Shown here: one piece after another, positions 1 through 8,613 of the stretch
Layout of the letters: each line of letters opens with the position of its first letter
How positions within the stretch are numbered: the stretch's first letter is position 1
Source: an uncultured virus (IMG/VR IMGVR_UViG_3300031787_000087)
Taxonomy: Duplodnaviria > Heunggongvirae > Uroviricota > Caudoviricetes
Reading direction: 5' to 3' (one strand)
DNA: 20,000 nt
IMG/VR virus record: IMGVR_UViG_3300031787_000087
The notes under the pieces: model-generated
What the model was told of the DNA's origin: nothing
The model's database searches: none
The model's input: only the letters and a program-made list of their open reading frames with translations
Position numbers and translations under genes: made by a program

Positions 1-2
1 TT

Positions 3-674
3 AAGCAAGGGTGTGCTCTCCTACATGAAGGGCGTATGGAGTTGGAAGGGGCTAAGAAGACAGCCGAGCAGGTCATTGGTGATGTCAAGGCAATCAAGGG
101 CATTTTTGATTGGTTCATTGGTCTATTCACTAGTAAACCAGCCAAGCCAGACGAAGCGCCCAAGCCTGTGGCAAAAGCGAAAGCCAAAGCCGCAACCAAA
201 CAGCAACAGTCTTACGAGGAACTTGAACTCAAACTCATCAAGGACATCGGAGACAACATTGGTGTCCTCTTTGATACACAACAACAGATTACAAACTTCT
301 ATCTTGAACTAGAGGAAACATCAAAGACCGACTACGACCCAACGCAAAACACTAGCAAAAAAGCCATAGAGCGGGCGCTGATTGAGTTGCAGTTGGAGAA
401 GTTGATGGAGCAGACAAGGGAAGCGATGGTCTATGCGCCGCCTGAGTTGAAGGACTTGTATAGCCGATTCCTCAAGATGCACGCCCGAATAGAACAAGAA
501 CAAGCGTGGGCAAGGTCAGAACTGATACGCAGGAATAGGCTGGCAAGGTGGCAGAAGGAACAAGACGAGATTCGGACTATTGAAACAACAACTGGAGTAA
601 TTGCCGTGATGTTCATATCAATGTTTTTTGGGTGGCTAATGTGGCAACTACGCGCCTTGTCTGGTGGATACTGA
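3..674 (+). CDS. Phage helical/coiled-coil protein with a C-terminal transmembrane segment, lysis-cassette associated; probably 5'-truncated by the window
   Basis: The frame is open from position 3 (KQGCALLHEGR-MELEG...), so the true start may lie upstream of the window. Long amphipathic helices; hydrophobic C-terminus GVIAVMFISMFFGWLMW; lies directly upstream of the holin and endolysin. Confidence 0.75.
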   Translation, partial: KQGCALLHEGRMELEGAKKTAEQVIGDVKAIKGIFDWFIGLFTSKPAKPDEAPKPVAKAKAKAATKQQQSYEELELKLIKDIGDNIGVLFDTQQQITNFYLELEETSKTDYDPTQNTSKKAIERALIELQLEKLMEQTREAMVYAPPELKDLYSRFLKMHARIEQEQAWARSELIRRNRLARWQKEQDEIRTIETTTGVIAVMFISMFFGWLMWQLRALSGGY

Positions 675-808
675 TAGGAGTAGCGATATGCGTAATTGTT
701 GGAGTAACCTCAATGGCATACGTAGAAACCCTATACATGCGAGCACAACTTAAACAAGAGATTAAAGAGTTGCGCAAACTGAAACGTGAATTAAAGGAAA
801 ACAAATGA
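641..808 (+). CDS. Small single-TM plus coiled-coil protein, 55 aa, inner-membrane spanin (Rz)-like; alternative GTG start at 632
   Basis: Manual translation: MATTRLVWWILIGVAICVIVGVTSMAYVETLYMRAQLKQEIKELRKLKRELKENK*. GGTGG lies 5 nt before GTG641. The ORF fills the gap between the flanking genes and its TGA overlaps the holin ATG (ATGA, 805-808). Below the ORF-track length cutoff. Confidence 0.7.
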   Translation: MATTRLVWWILIGVAICVIVGVTSMAYVETLYMRAQLKQEIKELRKLKRELKENK

Positions 809-1203
809 TACCTATTGGCGCACTTCTAGACATTGGTGGAAAGATACTTGATAAGGTATTTCCTGACCCTGCACAGGCAGAGCAAGCCAAACTCAAGCTG
901 TTAGAGATGCAGCAAAGTGGCGAGTTAGCCAAACTCAATGCAGATGTTTCTGAGCAACATGAACTGACTGAACGCCTCAAAGCTGACATGGGTAGCGACT
1001 CTTGGCTGTCCAAGAACATTCGTCCTATGACCTTAGTGTTTATTCTGCTTACCTACACAACCTTTGCCATGATGAGCGCTTGGGACATTGAGGTAAACAA
1101 CAACTATGTGGAACTGCTAGGTCAATGGGGTATGTTGATTATGTCGTTTTACTTCGGTGGTAGGACGCTAGAAAAAATCATGGATATGAAGGCCAAGAAA
1201 TGA
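805..1203 (+). CDS. Holin, 3TM / gene-transfer-agent holin family
   Basis: Characteristic N-terminus (LLDIGGKILDKVFPDP...AKLKLLEMQQ), W-x-x-x-x-IRP preceding a TM helix, and FYFGGRTLEK after the last TM. AAGGA RBS; ATGA overlap with the endolysin gene. Confidence 0.85.
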   Translation: MIPIGALLDIGGKILDKVFPDPAQAEQAKLKLLEMQQSGELAKLNADVSEQHELTERLKADMGSDSWLSKNIRPMTLVFILLTYTTFAMMSAWDIEVNNNYVELLGQWGMLIMSFYFGGRTLEKIMDMKAKK

Positions 1204-1652
1204 ACCTTTCCGATCACTTCACCCTAGAAGAAGGCACCTATAGCGAGACTGCTATACGCCTTGGCATCAGCAACCAGCCCGATGAGCGCCAACTGGCAAA
1301 CATGAAGTCGGCTGCTGAACAACTGGAGGCAGTCCGAAATGTCACAGGCGCTCTTCGTGTTAATTCTTGGCTACGCTTGCCTGATGTCAACGTGGCTGTT
1401 GGCGGTTCTAAGGTATCCAGCCACATGGATGGTTGGGCTATTGACTGCTCTTCTTCTACTCACACTCCTTATGAAGTATGTCAGCTTGTTCTAGGCGCTG
1501 GCATCAAGTTTGACCAGATGATTCACGAGTATGGTCGGTGGATGCACATATCCTTTGCGCCTGAGATGCGTCAGCAAGAGTTGACAATTTACAAGCCAGA
1601 GGGAAAATACAAACTTGGCATCTTGACAGAAGCCCAATACCACACAAAGTAA
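1200..1652 (+). CDS. Endolysin, peptidase M15A family (Zn-dependent LAS-type peptidase)
   Basis: NLSDHFTLEE N-terminus, SSH-x6-D (SSHMDGWAID), DQMIHE and WMHIS zinc-ligand motifs; immediately downstream of the holin. Confidence 0.88.
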   Translation: MNLSDHFTLEEGTYSETAIRLGISNQPDERQLANMKSAAEQLEAVRNVTGALRVNSWLRLPDVNVAVGGSKVSSHMDGWAIDCSSSTHTPYEVCQLVLGAGIKFDQMIHEYGRWMHISFAPEMRQQELTIYKPEGKYKLGILTEAQYHTK

Positions 1653-1653
1653 T

Positions 1654-4248
1654 ATGCCATTACAAAAACTACTGCTCAAACCCGGTGTGAACAAGGAAAA
1701 CACCCGTTACACCAACGAGGGTGGGTGGTATGACTGCGACAAAATTCGCTTTCGCCAAGGCACGCCTGAGAAGATCGGTGGTTGGTCACAGATTTCTGGT
1801 TATACATACGAAGGCACATGCCGCTCCCTCTGGTCATGGGCTTCTCTAAACGGGATAGTCTATGTTGGGGTTGGCACGTATCTAAAGTTCTATGTAGAGC
1901 AAGGTGGGGCGTATAACGACATTACGCCGATTCGGTCTTATGTAACGCTGAGTGGTCCGTTCGCTGCAACAACAGGCTCAACCACAGTTACTGTTACTAG
2001 CGCATCACATGGTGCATCTACAGGCGACTACGTTAACTTCCTTGGTGCAGTGGCACTAAGCACGCAGACTTTTACTCGGTCTACAGCAACTAACTTTGTG
2101 TTGGCTACAACGGCTTTTGCAACGAATACGCCAGTAACGCTTACTGTGTCTTCTGGTGGTGCTCTACCTACTGGTCTGGCTGAGAACGTACAGTACTACA
2201 TATTGGTTGTGTCTGGCACAACTGTTAGCTTTACAAACGTGCCCGGTGGTGCGGCTATCTCTACATCATCTGCTGGTTCTGGTACTTTTTCCATTGCCGC
2301 TACTACAGGAATTACCGCCGACGTTTTAAACAGTAGTTTTGCTATCACTAAGATTAACGCTAACTCATTTACTATCACTACCTCAGTTGCAGCTACGGCT
2401 TATGATGTTGGCAGTGGTGGTACAACGGTTAACACCAACTACGAAATACCTGTCGGATATGACTCATCACAGCCATTAACTGGTTGGGGCGCAGGTTCTT
2501 GGGGTTCTGGCTCTTGGGGTTCAGGGCAGGCTAGTGTTGCCCCTGCTCGTATCTGGTATCAGAACAACTTCGGTCAGGATTTAATCTTTGGCTACCGTGG
2601 TGGCCCACTCTATTATTGGAACGCTTACGTTACCCCCAACGGGCTTAATGTCACTATAACTATTAACTCCCAGACTGTTTCTGCTGTTGATACTGCTACG
2701 GAGTACATCACGTTCTCCACGGCTATTGCTACCGGAACGCCTGTTAAATTTACTTCAACCACTTCTCTGCCCGCGCCTTTGGTGGCTGGCACTGTCTATT
2801 ACATAGTTAACCCTGTTGCAGCTACAGCGCAACTTGCGACGACCGTTGGTGGGGCGGCTATTAACTTGACTACTGCAGGTTCTGGGACTATCACGATCTA
2901 CACCCCAGCGACGTTTACGACCATCAGCACTTTGACTAATGCTACGGCTATTCAGATAGTTAGTACTGGCACTGTGCCGACTGGAATGACTATTGGCACA
3001 ACATACTATGTAAACAACTTTGCGTCTAATACGTTCAACATCTCTGCTACATACGGTGGGGACTTAATCGTATTGACTGGAACGCAGACAGGTACGCAGA
3101 CTATCTACCAACACGGCATTCCTGTAACTTCTCTGAACGGGGCGTCGGCTGTGCCAGCCCTTGTAAACAACATGATGGTGTCGGATGCTAGTAGATTTAC
3201 TATTGCGTTTGGCTGTACGCCTTTTGGCGGCGGTGACTTAGACCCCATGTTGATTCGCTGGTCTGACCAAGAATCCGTAACTAACTGGACACCCGCAGTA
3301 ACTAACCAAGCGGGCTTTATCCGCCTATCGCACGGTTCTGAAATCGTTGCTGCAGTACAGACTCGCCAAGAGATTGTTGTGTTTACGGATACATCGCTGT
3401 ACTCTATGCAGTATCTTGGTGCGCCGTTTATCTGGGGCACACAACTCTTAGGTGACAACGTCTCCCTAGCAGGATACAACACAGCCATCATTGCATCTGG
3501 TGTTGTTTATTGGATGGGTGTGGACAAGTTCTATAAATACGACGGTAGAACCCAAACTCTGCGTTGTGACTTACTACGACACGTTTATAGCGACATCAAT
3601 CTTGACCAACAAGCGCAGTTCTTTGCCGGAACTAACGAAGGCTTTAATGAGGTCTGGTGGTTCTACTGCTCCTCTGGTTCTACAACTATTGACCGCTACG
3701 TGACGTATAACTACACCGAAGATTTGTGGGCTTACGGTAATATGGCTAGAACAGCATGGCTGGATTCTGGTTTGATTACTAACCCTATTGCGGCTACTTA
3801 CGTAAACAATCTTGTCTACCATGAGTACGGTGTTGACGATAACACTACAGGCACTGCACTTCCTATTGAGGCATACATCACTTCGTCCGAGTTTGATATT
3901 GGCGATGGGCACAACTTTGGGTTTATTTGGCGTTTACTCCCTGACCTTACATTCCGTGGATCGTCTACTACTGGGGCTACTCCGCAAGTTACGTTCTATC
4001 TGCTACCCATGCAGAACTCTGGTTCTGGGTATAACGATACCAATGAAGCAGCGAACCAATCGGTTGGCGGTACAAGTTATGCCAATGTAGCCCGTATCGG
4101 TACATACACGGTGGATCAGTTTACTGGTCAGGTCTACACACGGGTGCGCGGACGGCAGATGGCTATGAAGATTTCTTCTAATCAAGTTGGAACCCAGTGG
4201 CAGTTGGGTGCCCCGCGTATTGACATCAGACCAGATGGACGTCGCTAA
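1654..4248 (+). CDS. Tail hub / DNA-stabilization protein (P22 gp10 / T7 gp12-like beta-propeller) with inserted Thr-rich beta-repeat domains
   Basis: 864 aa. Motifs typical of podovirus nozzle proteins (PEKIGGW, DPMLIRWSDQE, FNEVWWFY, ARTAWLD, RVRGRQ, WQLGAPRIDIRPDGRR). Three ~62-aa repeats. Located just before the ejection-protein genes. Confidence 0.75.
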   Translation: MPLQKLLLKPGVNKENTRYTNEGGWYDCDKIRFRQGTPEKIGGWSQISGYTYEGTCRSLWSWASLNGIVYVGVGTYLKFYVEQGGAYNDITPIRSYVTLSGPFAATTGSTTVTVTSASHGASTGDYVNFLGAVALSTQTFTRSTATNFVLATTAFATNTPVTLTVSSGGALPTGLAENVQYYILVVSGTTVSFTNVPGGAAISTSSAGSGTFSIAATTGITADVLNSSFAITKINANSFTITTSVAATAYDVGSGGTTVNTNYEIPVGYDSSQPLTGWGAGSWGSGSWGSGQASVAPARIWYQNNFGQDLIFGYRGGPLYYWNAYVTPNGLNVTITINSQTVSAVDTATEYITFSTAIATGTPVKFTSTTSLPAPLVAGTVYYIVNPVAATAQLATTVGGAAINLTTAGSGTITIYTPATFTTISTLTNATAIQIVSTGTVPTGMTIGTTYYVNNFASNTFNISATYGGDLIVLTGTQTGTQTIYQHGIPVTSLNGASAVPALVNNMMVSDASRFTIAFGCTPFGGGDLDPMLIRWSDQESVTNWTPAVTNQAGFIRLSHGSEIVAAVQTRQEIVVFTDTSLYSMQYLGAPFIWGTQLLGDNVSLAGYNTAIIASGVVYWMGVDKFYKYDGRTQTLRCDLLRHVYSDINLDQQAQFFAGTNEGFNEVWWFYCSSGSTTIDRYVTYNYTEDLWAYGNMARTAWLDSGLITNPIAATYVNNLVYHEYGVDDNTTGTALPIEAYITSSEFDIGDGHNFGFIWRLLPDLTFRGSSTTGATPQVTFYLLPMQNSGSGYNDTNEAANQSVGGTSYANVARIGTYTVDQFTGQVYTRVRGRQMAMKISSNQVGTQWQLGAPRIDIRPDGRR
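2062..3105 (+). repeat. Three diverged protein-level repeats (~2062-2298, ~2668-2898, ~2902-3105)
   Basis: Core alignments: TNTPVTLT..GALPTGLAENVQYYI..GGAAISTSSAGSGTFSI / TGTPVKFT..SLPAPLVAGTVYYI..GGAAINLTTAGSGTITI / NATAIQIV..TVPTGMTIGTTYYV..GGDLIVLTGTQTGTQTI. Confidence 0.85.
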
Positions 4249-4511
4249 TGTCACAAATAAACGTAACCCCACCAAACCTGCCATTAGCCCCAGAGCAATA
4301 TCAACGGCAGTTTCAAGATCAACTGAACAACATTTTGCGATTGTTTTTTGCACAACTAACTAACCCCGGACCGATCGGCGCTACTTCTATCAATTTAGAT
4401 TTGCGATACATGCCAACAGATGCTGATTTTGCTGATTTGCGCTCTGGTGACGTCTACTACGATACGTCTGGTGGCGTAGCATCAAGCTACCCATTAAGAG
4501 TTAAGGCATGA
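4248..4511 (+). CDS. Small virion protein, possibly tail needle/plug-like
   Basis: 87 aa; TAATG coupling to the hub gene; N-terminal PNLPLAPEQY followed by a helix (QDQLNNILRLFFAQL). Its position matches P22 gp26; function inferred from synteny only. Confidence 0.6.
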   Translation: MSQINVTPPNLPLAPEQYQRQFQDQLNNILRLFFAQLTNPGPIGATSINLDLRYMPTDADFADLRSGDVYYDTSGGVASSYPLRVKA

Positions 4512-4517
4512 TAAACT
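4509..4517 (+). promoter_or_regulatory. Possible extended -10 promoter (TG-A-TAAACT)
   Basis: TGnTAnnnT match at the start of the longest intergenic gap of the + operon (34 nt), which also contains a GAGG RBS before ATG4546. No -35 element is visible. Confidence 0.25.
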
Positions 4518-4545
4518 CGATTAACCCCCTACACGCGAGGCAAAA

Positions 4546-5985
4546 ATGAGCCTACAACTTGCTGCCAAACATCTATCTAATCAAGGTCGAGGACCTGACG
4601 ATACGCTCGTCCACATGTCCCAAGATGAGGTCAGCAGCCTCAATGACTTGGCTATGGCGCATGGGGGTCAGTTAACAATCAATCCTGAGACTGGACTACC
4701 CGAAGCGGGCTTCTTGTCTTCAATGCTACCAATGATTGCTGGTATGGCGCTAGCCCCTGCGACTGGTGGTGCTTCATTGGGTCTAACTTCAGCTTTTCAA
4801 ACTGCGGCGTTAGTTGGTGCTGGTAGTTATTTATTGAACCCTAAAGCAGGTTTGATGGGTGGCTTGATGGCTGGACTTGGCGCATATGGTGGCGCTGGAT
4901 TGGCTGGCGGATTAGAAGGTCTCGCTACTTCAGAGGCTGGTTCTACTGCGGCTAATGAAGCGACGTTATCCAGTGACATTGGTCTAAAAGAAGAAATAGC
5001 TAGAAACAATGCTGTTGTACAACAGCAAGCTGAACAAGCCGCCCAAGCAAAGGCTCAAACACTTGAAAGCGCGAAGTACTTAACGGACTATGGTGCCCCT
5101 GTAAACGAATTTGCACAGGTAGGTTCCGGGTTGCCTACTAGCCCCGGTGGTATAGAAGTCGCAGCTCCAACACCTACTACAGCACAGCCATATACAGCAG
5201 CGGGAGAAGCCGAGATGCGAGAGAATCTGGCTAATCAAGTTGGCATGAAAACTTCTCAGGCCAACCCATACGCTGTACCACTTAGTAAACCAATCCCTAC
5301 AGGGCTTGACGCTGTGTATAAAGGCGCTGAATCTTTAGTCTCTAACCCAACAGCGGATAAATTTAAAACAGTCGGTGGCGGAAGCTACATGGGGCTAGCC
5401 AAACAGGGTTTAGCGGCTGCGGCTCCTGTGGCTTCTGAAGGTTTAAAACCAGACGGATTAAATGTGCCAAAAACTCAACAAAAAGCACAGGTTGTACCCC
5501 ACTACAGATTTAGTCCCGGTATGGTGTCGCCGACTCCAGCGGCAGGTGCTACTGGCACAGAGAACACTTACTTCAACCCATCCTACACAGCGCTTTCAGA
5601 TCAAGAGTCTCAGCAGTTGTATCCGGGTTATCCCGCAGCGCAGGCAGCGGATGGCGGTTTGATGGGCTACGCTACAGGGGGGCTATCCGATGCACATTAC
5701 AACCTTGGTGGCTATTCTGATGGTGGTCGCCTCCTCCGTGGTCCCGGTGATGGTGTATCTGATTCGATACCTGCTGTAATAGGTAAAAAACAGCCTGCTC
5801 GTTTGGCTGATGGCGAGTTCGTTGTTCCCGCAAGAATTGTCTCTGAAATTGGCAACGGCTCAACTGAGGCTGGCGCACGCAAGCTATACGCAATGATGGA
5901 CAGAATTCAAGCCGCCCGTGGTAAAACCGTGGGTAAAGGGAAAGTTGCTAAGAACACTAGGGCAGATAAGTATTTGCCCGCATGA
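4546..5985 (+). CDS. Internal virion / DNA ejection protein
   Basis: 479 aa. N-terminal GRGPDDTLVHM...TINPETGLPEAGFL; Gly/Ala-rich hydrophobic membrane-inserting stretch; C-terminal GPGDGVSDSIPA...RLADGEFVVPA domain resembling a motif of tape-measure proteins. Confidence 0.65.
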   Translation: MSLQLAAKHLSNQGRGPDDTLVHMSQDEVSSLNDLAMAHGGQLTINPETGLPEAGFLSSMLPMIAGMALAPATGGASLGLTSAFQTAALVGAGSYLLNPKAGLMGGLMAGLGAYGGAGLAGGLEGLATSEAGSTAANEATLSSDIGLKEEIARNNAVVQQQAEQAAQAKAQTLESAKYLTDYGAPVNEFAQVGSGLPTSPGGIEVAAPTPTTAQPYTAAGEAEMRENLANQVGMKTSQANPYAVPLSKPIPTGLDAVYKGAESLVSNPTADKFKTVGGGSYMGLAKQGLAAAAPVASEGLKPDGLNVPKTQQKAQVVPHYRFSPGMVSPTPAAGATGTENTYFNPSYTALSDQESQQLYPGYPAAQAADGGLMGYATGGLSDAHYNLGGYSDGGRLLRGPGDGVSDSIPAVIGKKQPARLADGEFVVPARIVSEIGNGSTEAGARKLYAMMDRIQAARGKTVGKGKVAKNTRADKYLPA

Positions 5986-6407
5986 AGATAAATTTAGTAC
6001 CCGTTGGGCAAATCTCTGGAGTGCTTCCAGCGTTGTTGCCTTATCTAGCTAAGTCTGGGGAATGGACAAGAGGTAGGGCGGTTGTTGATGATATTTTGCG
6101 GTTTGTCTTAAATGGACAAATGCAGTTGTGGGTGGCGCATCAAGATGGGCAGATTTATGGTCACGTAATCACGGAGATCAAAGATTACCCAAGATGCAAA
6201 ATGCTGACTGTGCAATATTGCGCTGGTGAAGAAGACCATATGCAGTACGCAGAAGACGAAATGTTCGACCTACTAGATAGGTTTGCTAAGGACGCTGGAT
6301 GCGCTGGTGTTGAGTTTGTTGGTCGCCCCGGATGGCGCAAGCAAGCCAATAAGTATGGATATTCCATACAAAGCGTAATGTATCAAAAGTTTTTTAAAGA
6401 GGTCTGA
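5982..6407 (+). CDS. GNAT-fold acetyltransferase-like virion assembly protein (analogous to P22 gp14 / T7 gp13)
   Basis: 141 aa with an alpha/beta GNAT-like pattern (MQLWVA..IYGHVITEI; FAKDAGCAGVEFVGRPGW..YGY); lies between ejection genes; ATGA overlap with the upstream gene. Confidence 0.65.
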   Translation: MKINLVPVGQISGVLPALLPYLAKSGEWTRGRAVVDDILRFVLNGQMQLWVAHQDGQIYGHVITEIKDYPRCKMLTVQYCAGEEDHMQYAEDEMFDLLDRFAKDAGCAGVEFVGRPGWRKQANKYGYSIQSVMYQKFFKEV

Positions 6408-6408
6408 G

Positions 6409-8601
6409 ATGGACTTATTAGCATTAAAAAGAAGCCTTATGCCCATGAGCGGGCCTCAAGACAGTGGCGGTGGCGGTGGTGGCGGCGGTGCCCCAGCGGA
6501 TACTACGTCTGTTCAAACCCAAGACTTACCTGATTGGGCGAAACCTTATGCACAAGATGTACTGTCCAAGGGTAAGGCAGTAACAGACGTTAGTCAAAAT
6601 CCATATCAAGCATACGGTGGCGAGCGCGTAGCAGGGTTTACCCCACTACAACAACAGGCACAAACTGGCGCGGCTAATATTCAAACCGGGCCAGCAGGAT
6701 TCCAACAAGACGTCGGCGGGTACATGAACCCGTACATGAACCAGATTTTGGCTCCACGACTTGCCGAAGCCAATCGTCAATATGACATTAGCGGTATGCA
6801 GGCTAACACACAGGCTACTCAGGCAGGTGCATTTGGTGGTGGACGTCAGGCTTTGATGCAAGCTGAGAACGAGCGCAACCGCAACATGGGGTTACAGAGT
6901 ATCTATGGTCAAGGTCTGGATACTGCATTTGGTAATGCGCAAAACCAATACAACCAAGGTTTTAACCAAAACGTACAGACGCTTGGGTTGCAAAATCAAT
7001 TAGGTGCGCAACAACAGGCACAGACACAAAAAGGTTTAGATGTTGGGTATCAAGACTTCTTGACTCAGAAGAACTACCCATATCAGCAACTCAGTTACAT
7101 GGCTAACTTAGTTCGTGGTACTCCGATGGGAATGAACACACAATCTCAGGTCTATCAAGCGCCTCCTAATACGTTGGGACAACTTGGCGGTTTGGGTATG
7201 GGCGCTTACGGCTTAAGCAAAATGATGGCTGAAGGTGGCGAAGTCCATTCATATGCGGATGGTGGGGCAGTTCAAGGCTACAAATTGGGTGGAGATATAC
7301 CTGATCCAATGAACGACCCATATGAGATGGCGTCTGCTGTTGATAAATTAACTGATGAGCAGTTACAAGGCATTTTACGTAACCCATCTTCTCCAGCAGA
7401 GTTCCGTGCTGCACAAGATGAAATGGCTATGCGTGCTTCTGAGCAACGCGGGGTAGCCAGCGGCATTACGCCTGAGATGGCTAACAGAATGGCTGGTGGC
7501 GGTGTAGTTGCTTTTGCTGATGGAGACCTAATTACAGACCCACAATTTGGTGGTTCAACTAGCACATATGAGCCTCCTGAAAAATTATCTATGAGTGAAG
7601 TGCAAAAAATAGTTGATAGCGCAAGAAATCGAGGAGAAACTATAGGACTCTCACAAATACAAGATATTATGGATGGCAGAGGCAGTTATGCTAAAGAACA
7701 AATAAAAGCAGCTAAAGAAAATTTAAGGCTTGCCAACATACAAAACCAACCAGACTCTGGTTCTACATTAAACGCTGTTTCTACTAGTAACAAGATAGCC
7801 ACTGCTCCCGTAAAAGATAAATTAAACCAACAGAAAGTTACAAAACCCGGTATTACTGCTGGCGCTGGTTCTACCCCATCTAAAGAACCGTCTTTTATAG
7901 ACGACCTTAAAACAGCGCAAGAATTTTTGAGAGACCCAGAGAGTGAAGCTCGTGCTAAAAAAGTTGAAGCTTCTATTGAGGCACTCAAGAAACAACCTGA
8001 AGAAATTAAAAAGCAAGGGTTAGCTAACCTTCTTACCGTTGGCGGGTTTGGTATGGCTCAAGCTGCTTCGCAACCCGGAACACGGCGTGGTCTTGCAGGA
8101 GTTATCCAAAGTGCTTCTAGAGCAGGTCCCGGTGTGGCTCAAGCTGCGATGGATCAACAGAAACTTGTACGCGCTTCACAAGATAACGCAGCCAAACTGG
8201 ATATTGAATATCAGAAGTACAGAATTGCTGAAAGCAGGGGCAATAAACAAGGCATGATATCTGCTGCTTCTAATATTCGCATGATGCGTCAACAGCAAGC
8301 TCAGTTGGATGAAACAAGACGCAGCAATATAGCTAAAGAAGGTCTAGAAGGTCAACGTTACGCACTATTAAAGAGTCAATACGCTAACAAGTCTATGACT
8401 CCGTACATAAATGCATATAGTAAAGCCGAAGATCGTGCTATACAAGCAGCAAATGGTTACATGAAAAGTCGTTCTGGCATGATGGATAAACGCCCATATC
8501 CAGAAATAGTTGAAGAATTTGCTAAAAAATACCGCAAAAATGCAGGTGCTTCTATAGGGTTTGGCCCAACAGGTAACACGTACGATACTGACGAAGATTA
8601 A
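6409..8601 (+). CDS. DNA ejection / pilot protein (P22 gp7/gp20-like position)
   Basis: 730 aa. Short leader plus Gly8, LPDWAKPY, YQAYGGERVAGFTPLQQQA, YMNPY, AFGGGRQ; Gln-rich helices and Gly-rich hydrophobic segments. GAGGT RBS. Confidence 0.7.
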   Translation: MDLLALKRSLMPMSGPQDSGGGGGGGGAPADTTSVQTQDLPDWAKPYAQDVLSKGKAVTDVSQNPYQAYGGERVAGFTPLQQQAQTGAANIQTGPAGFQQDVGGYMNPYMNQILAPRLAEANRQYDISGMQANTQATQAGAFGGGRQALMQAENERNRNMGLQSIYGQGLDTAFGNAQNQYNQGFNQNVQTLGLQNQLGAQQQAQTQKGLDVGYQDFLTQKNYPYQQLSYMANLVRGTPMGMNTQSQVYQAPPNTLGQLGGLGMGAYGLSKMMAEGGEVHSYADGGAVQGYKLGGDIPDPMNDPYEMASAVDKLTDEQLQGILRNPSSPAEFRAAQDEMAMRASEQRGVASGITPEMANRMAGGGVVAFADGDLITDPQFGGSTSTYEPPEKLSMSEVQKIVDSARNRGETIGLSQIQDIMDGRGSYAKEQIKAAKENLRLANIQNQPDSGSTLNAVSTSNKIATAPVKDKLNQQKVTKPGITAGAGSTPSKEPSFIDDLKTAQEFLRDPESEARAKKVEASIEALKKQPEEIKKQGLANLLTVGGFGMAQAASQPGTRRGLAGVIQSASRAGPGVAQAAMDQQKLVRASQDNAAKLDIEYQKYRIAESRGNKQGMISAASNIRMMRQQQAQLDETRRSNIAKEGLEGQRYALLKSQYANKSMTPYINAYSKAEDRAIQAANGYMKSRSGMMDKRPYPEIVEEFAKKYRKNAGASIGFGPTGNTYDTDED

Positions 8602-8613
8602 TAAAGGGCTACT

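Noticed and set aside
13..312. 99-aa alternative-frame ORF
   Set aside because: Fully overlaps the more protein-like 212+ aa frame; S/R/N-rich composition typical of a frame shadow.
678..753. GGAG plus ATG688 opening MRNCWSNLNGIRRNPIHASTT (possible Rz1)
   Set aside because: Only 21 aa, with no hydrophobic signal or lipobox before the Cys.
3105..3491. Numerous 60-130 aa antisense ORFs throughout the window
   Set aside because: They lie opposite well-supported genes, mostly mirror the sense codon frame and show no recognisable motifs.
6464..6490. GGC/GGT trinucleotide run
   Set aside because: Encodes the poly-Gly tract; not a separate DNA element.
6720..6742. Tandem repeat GTACATGAACC x2 at a 12-nt period
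   Set aside because: Explained by the protein motif YMNP-YMNQ; two copies only and not CRISPR-like.
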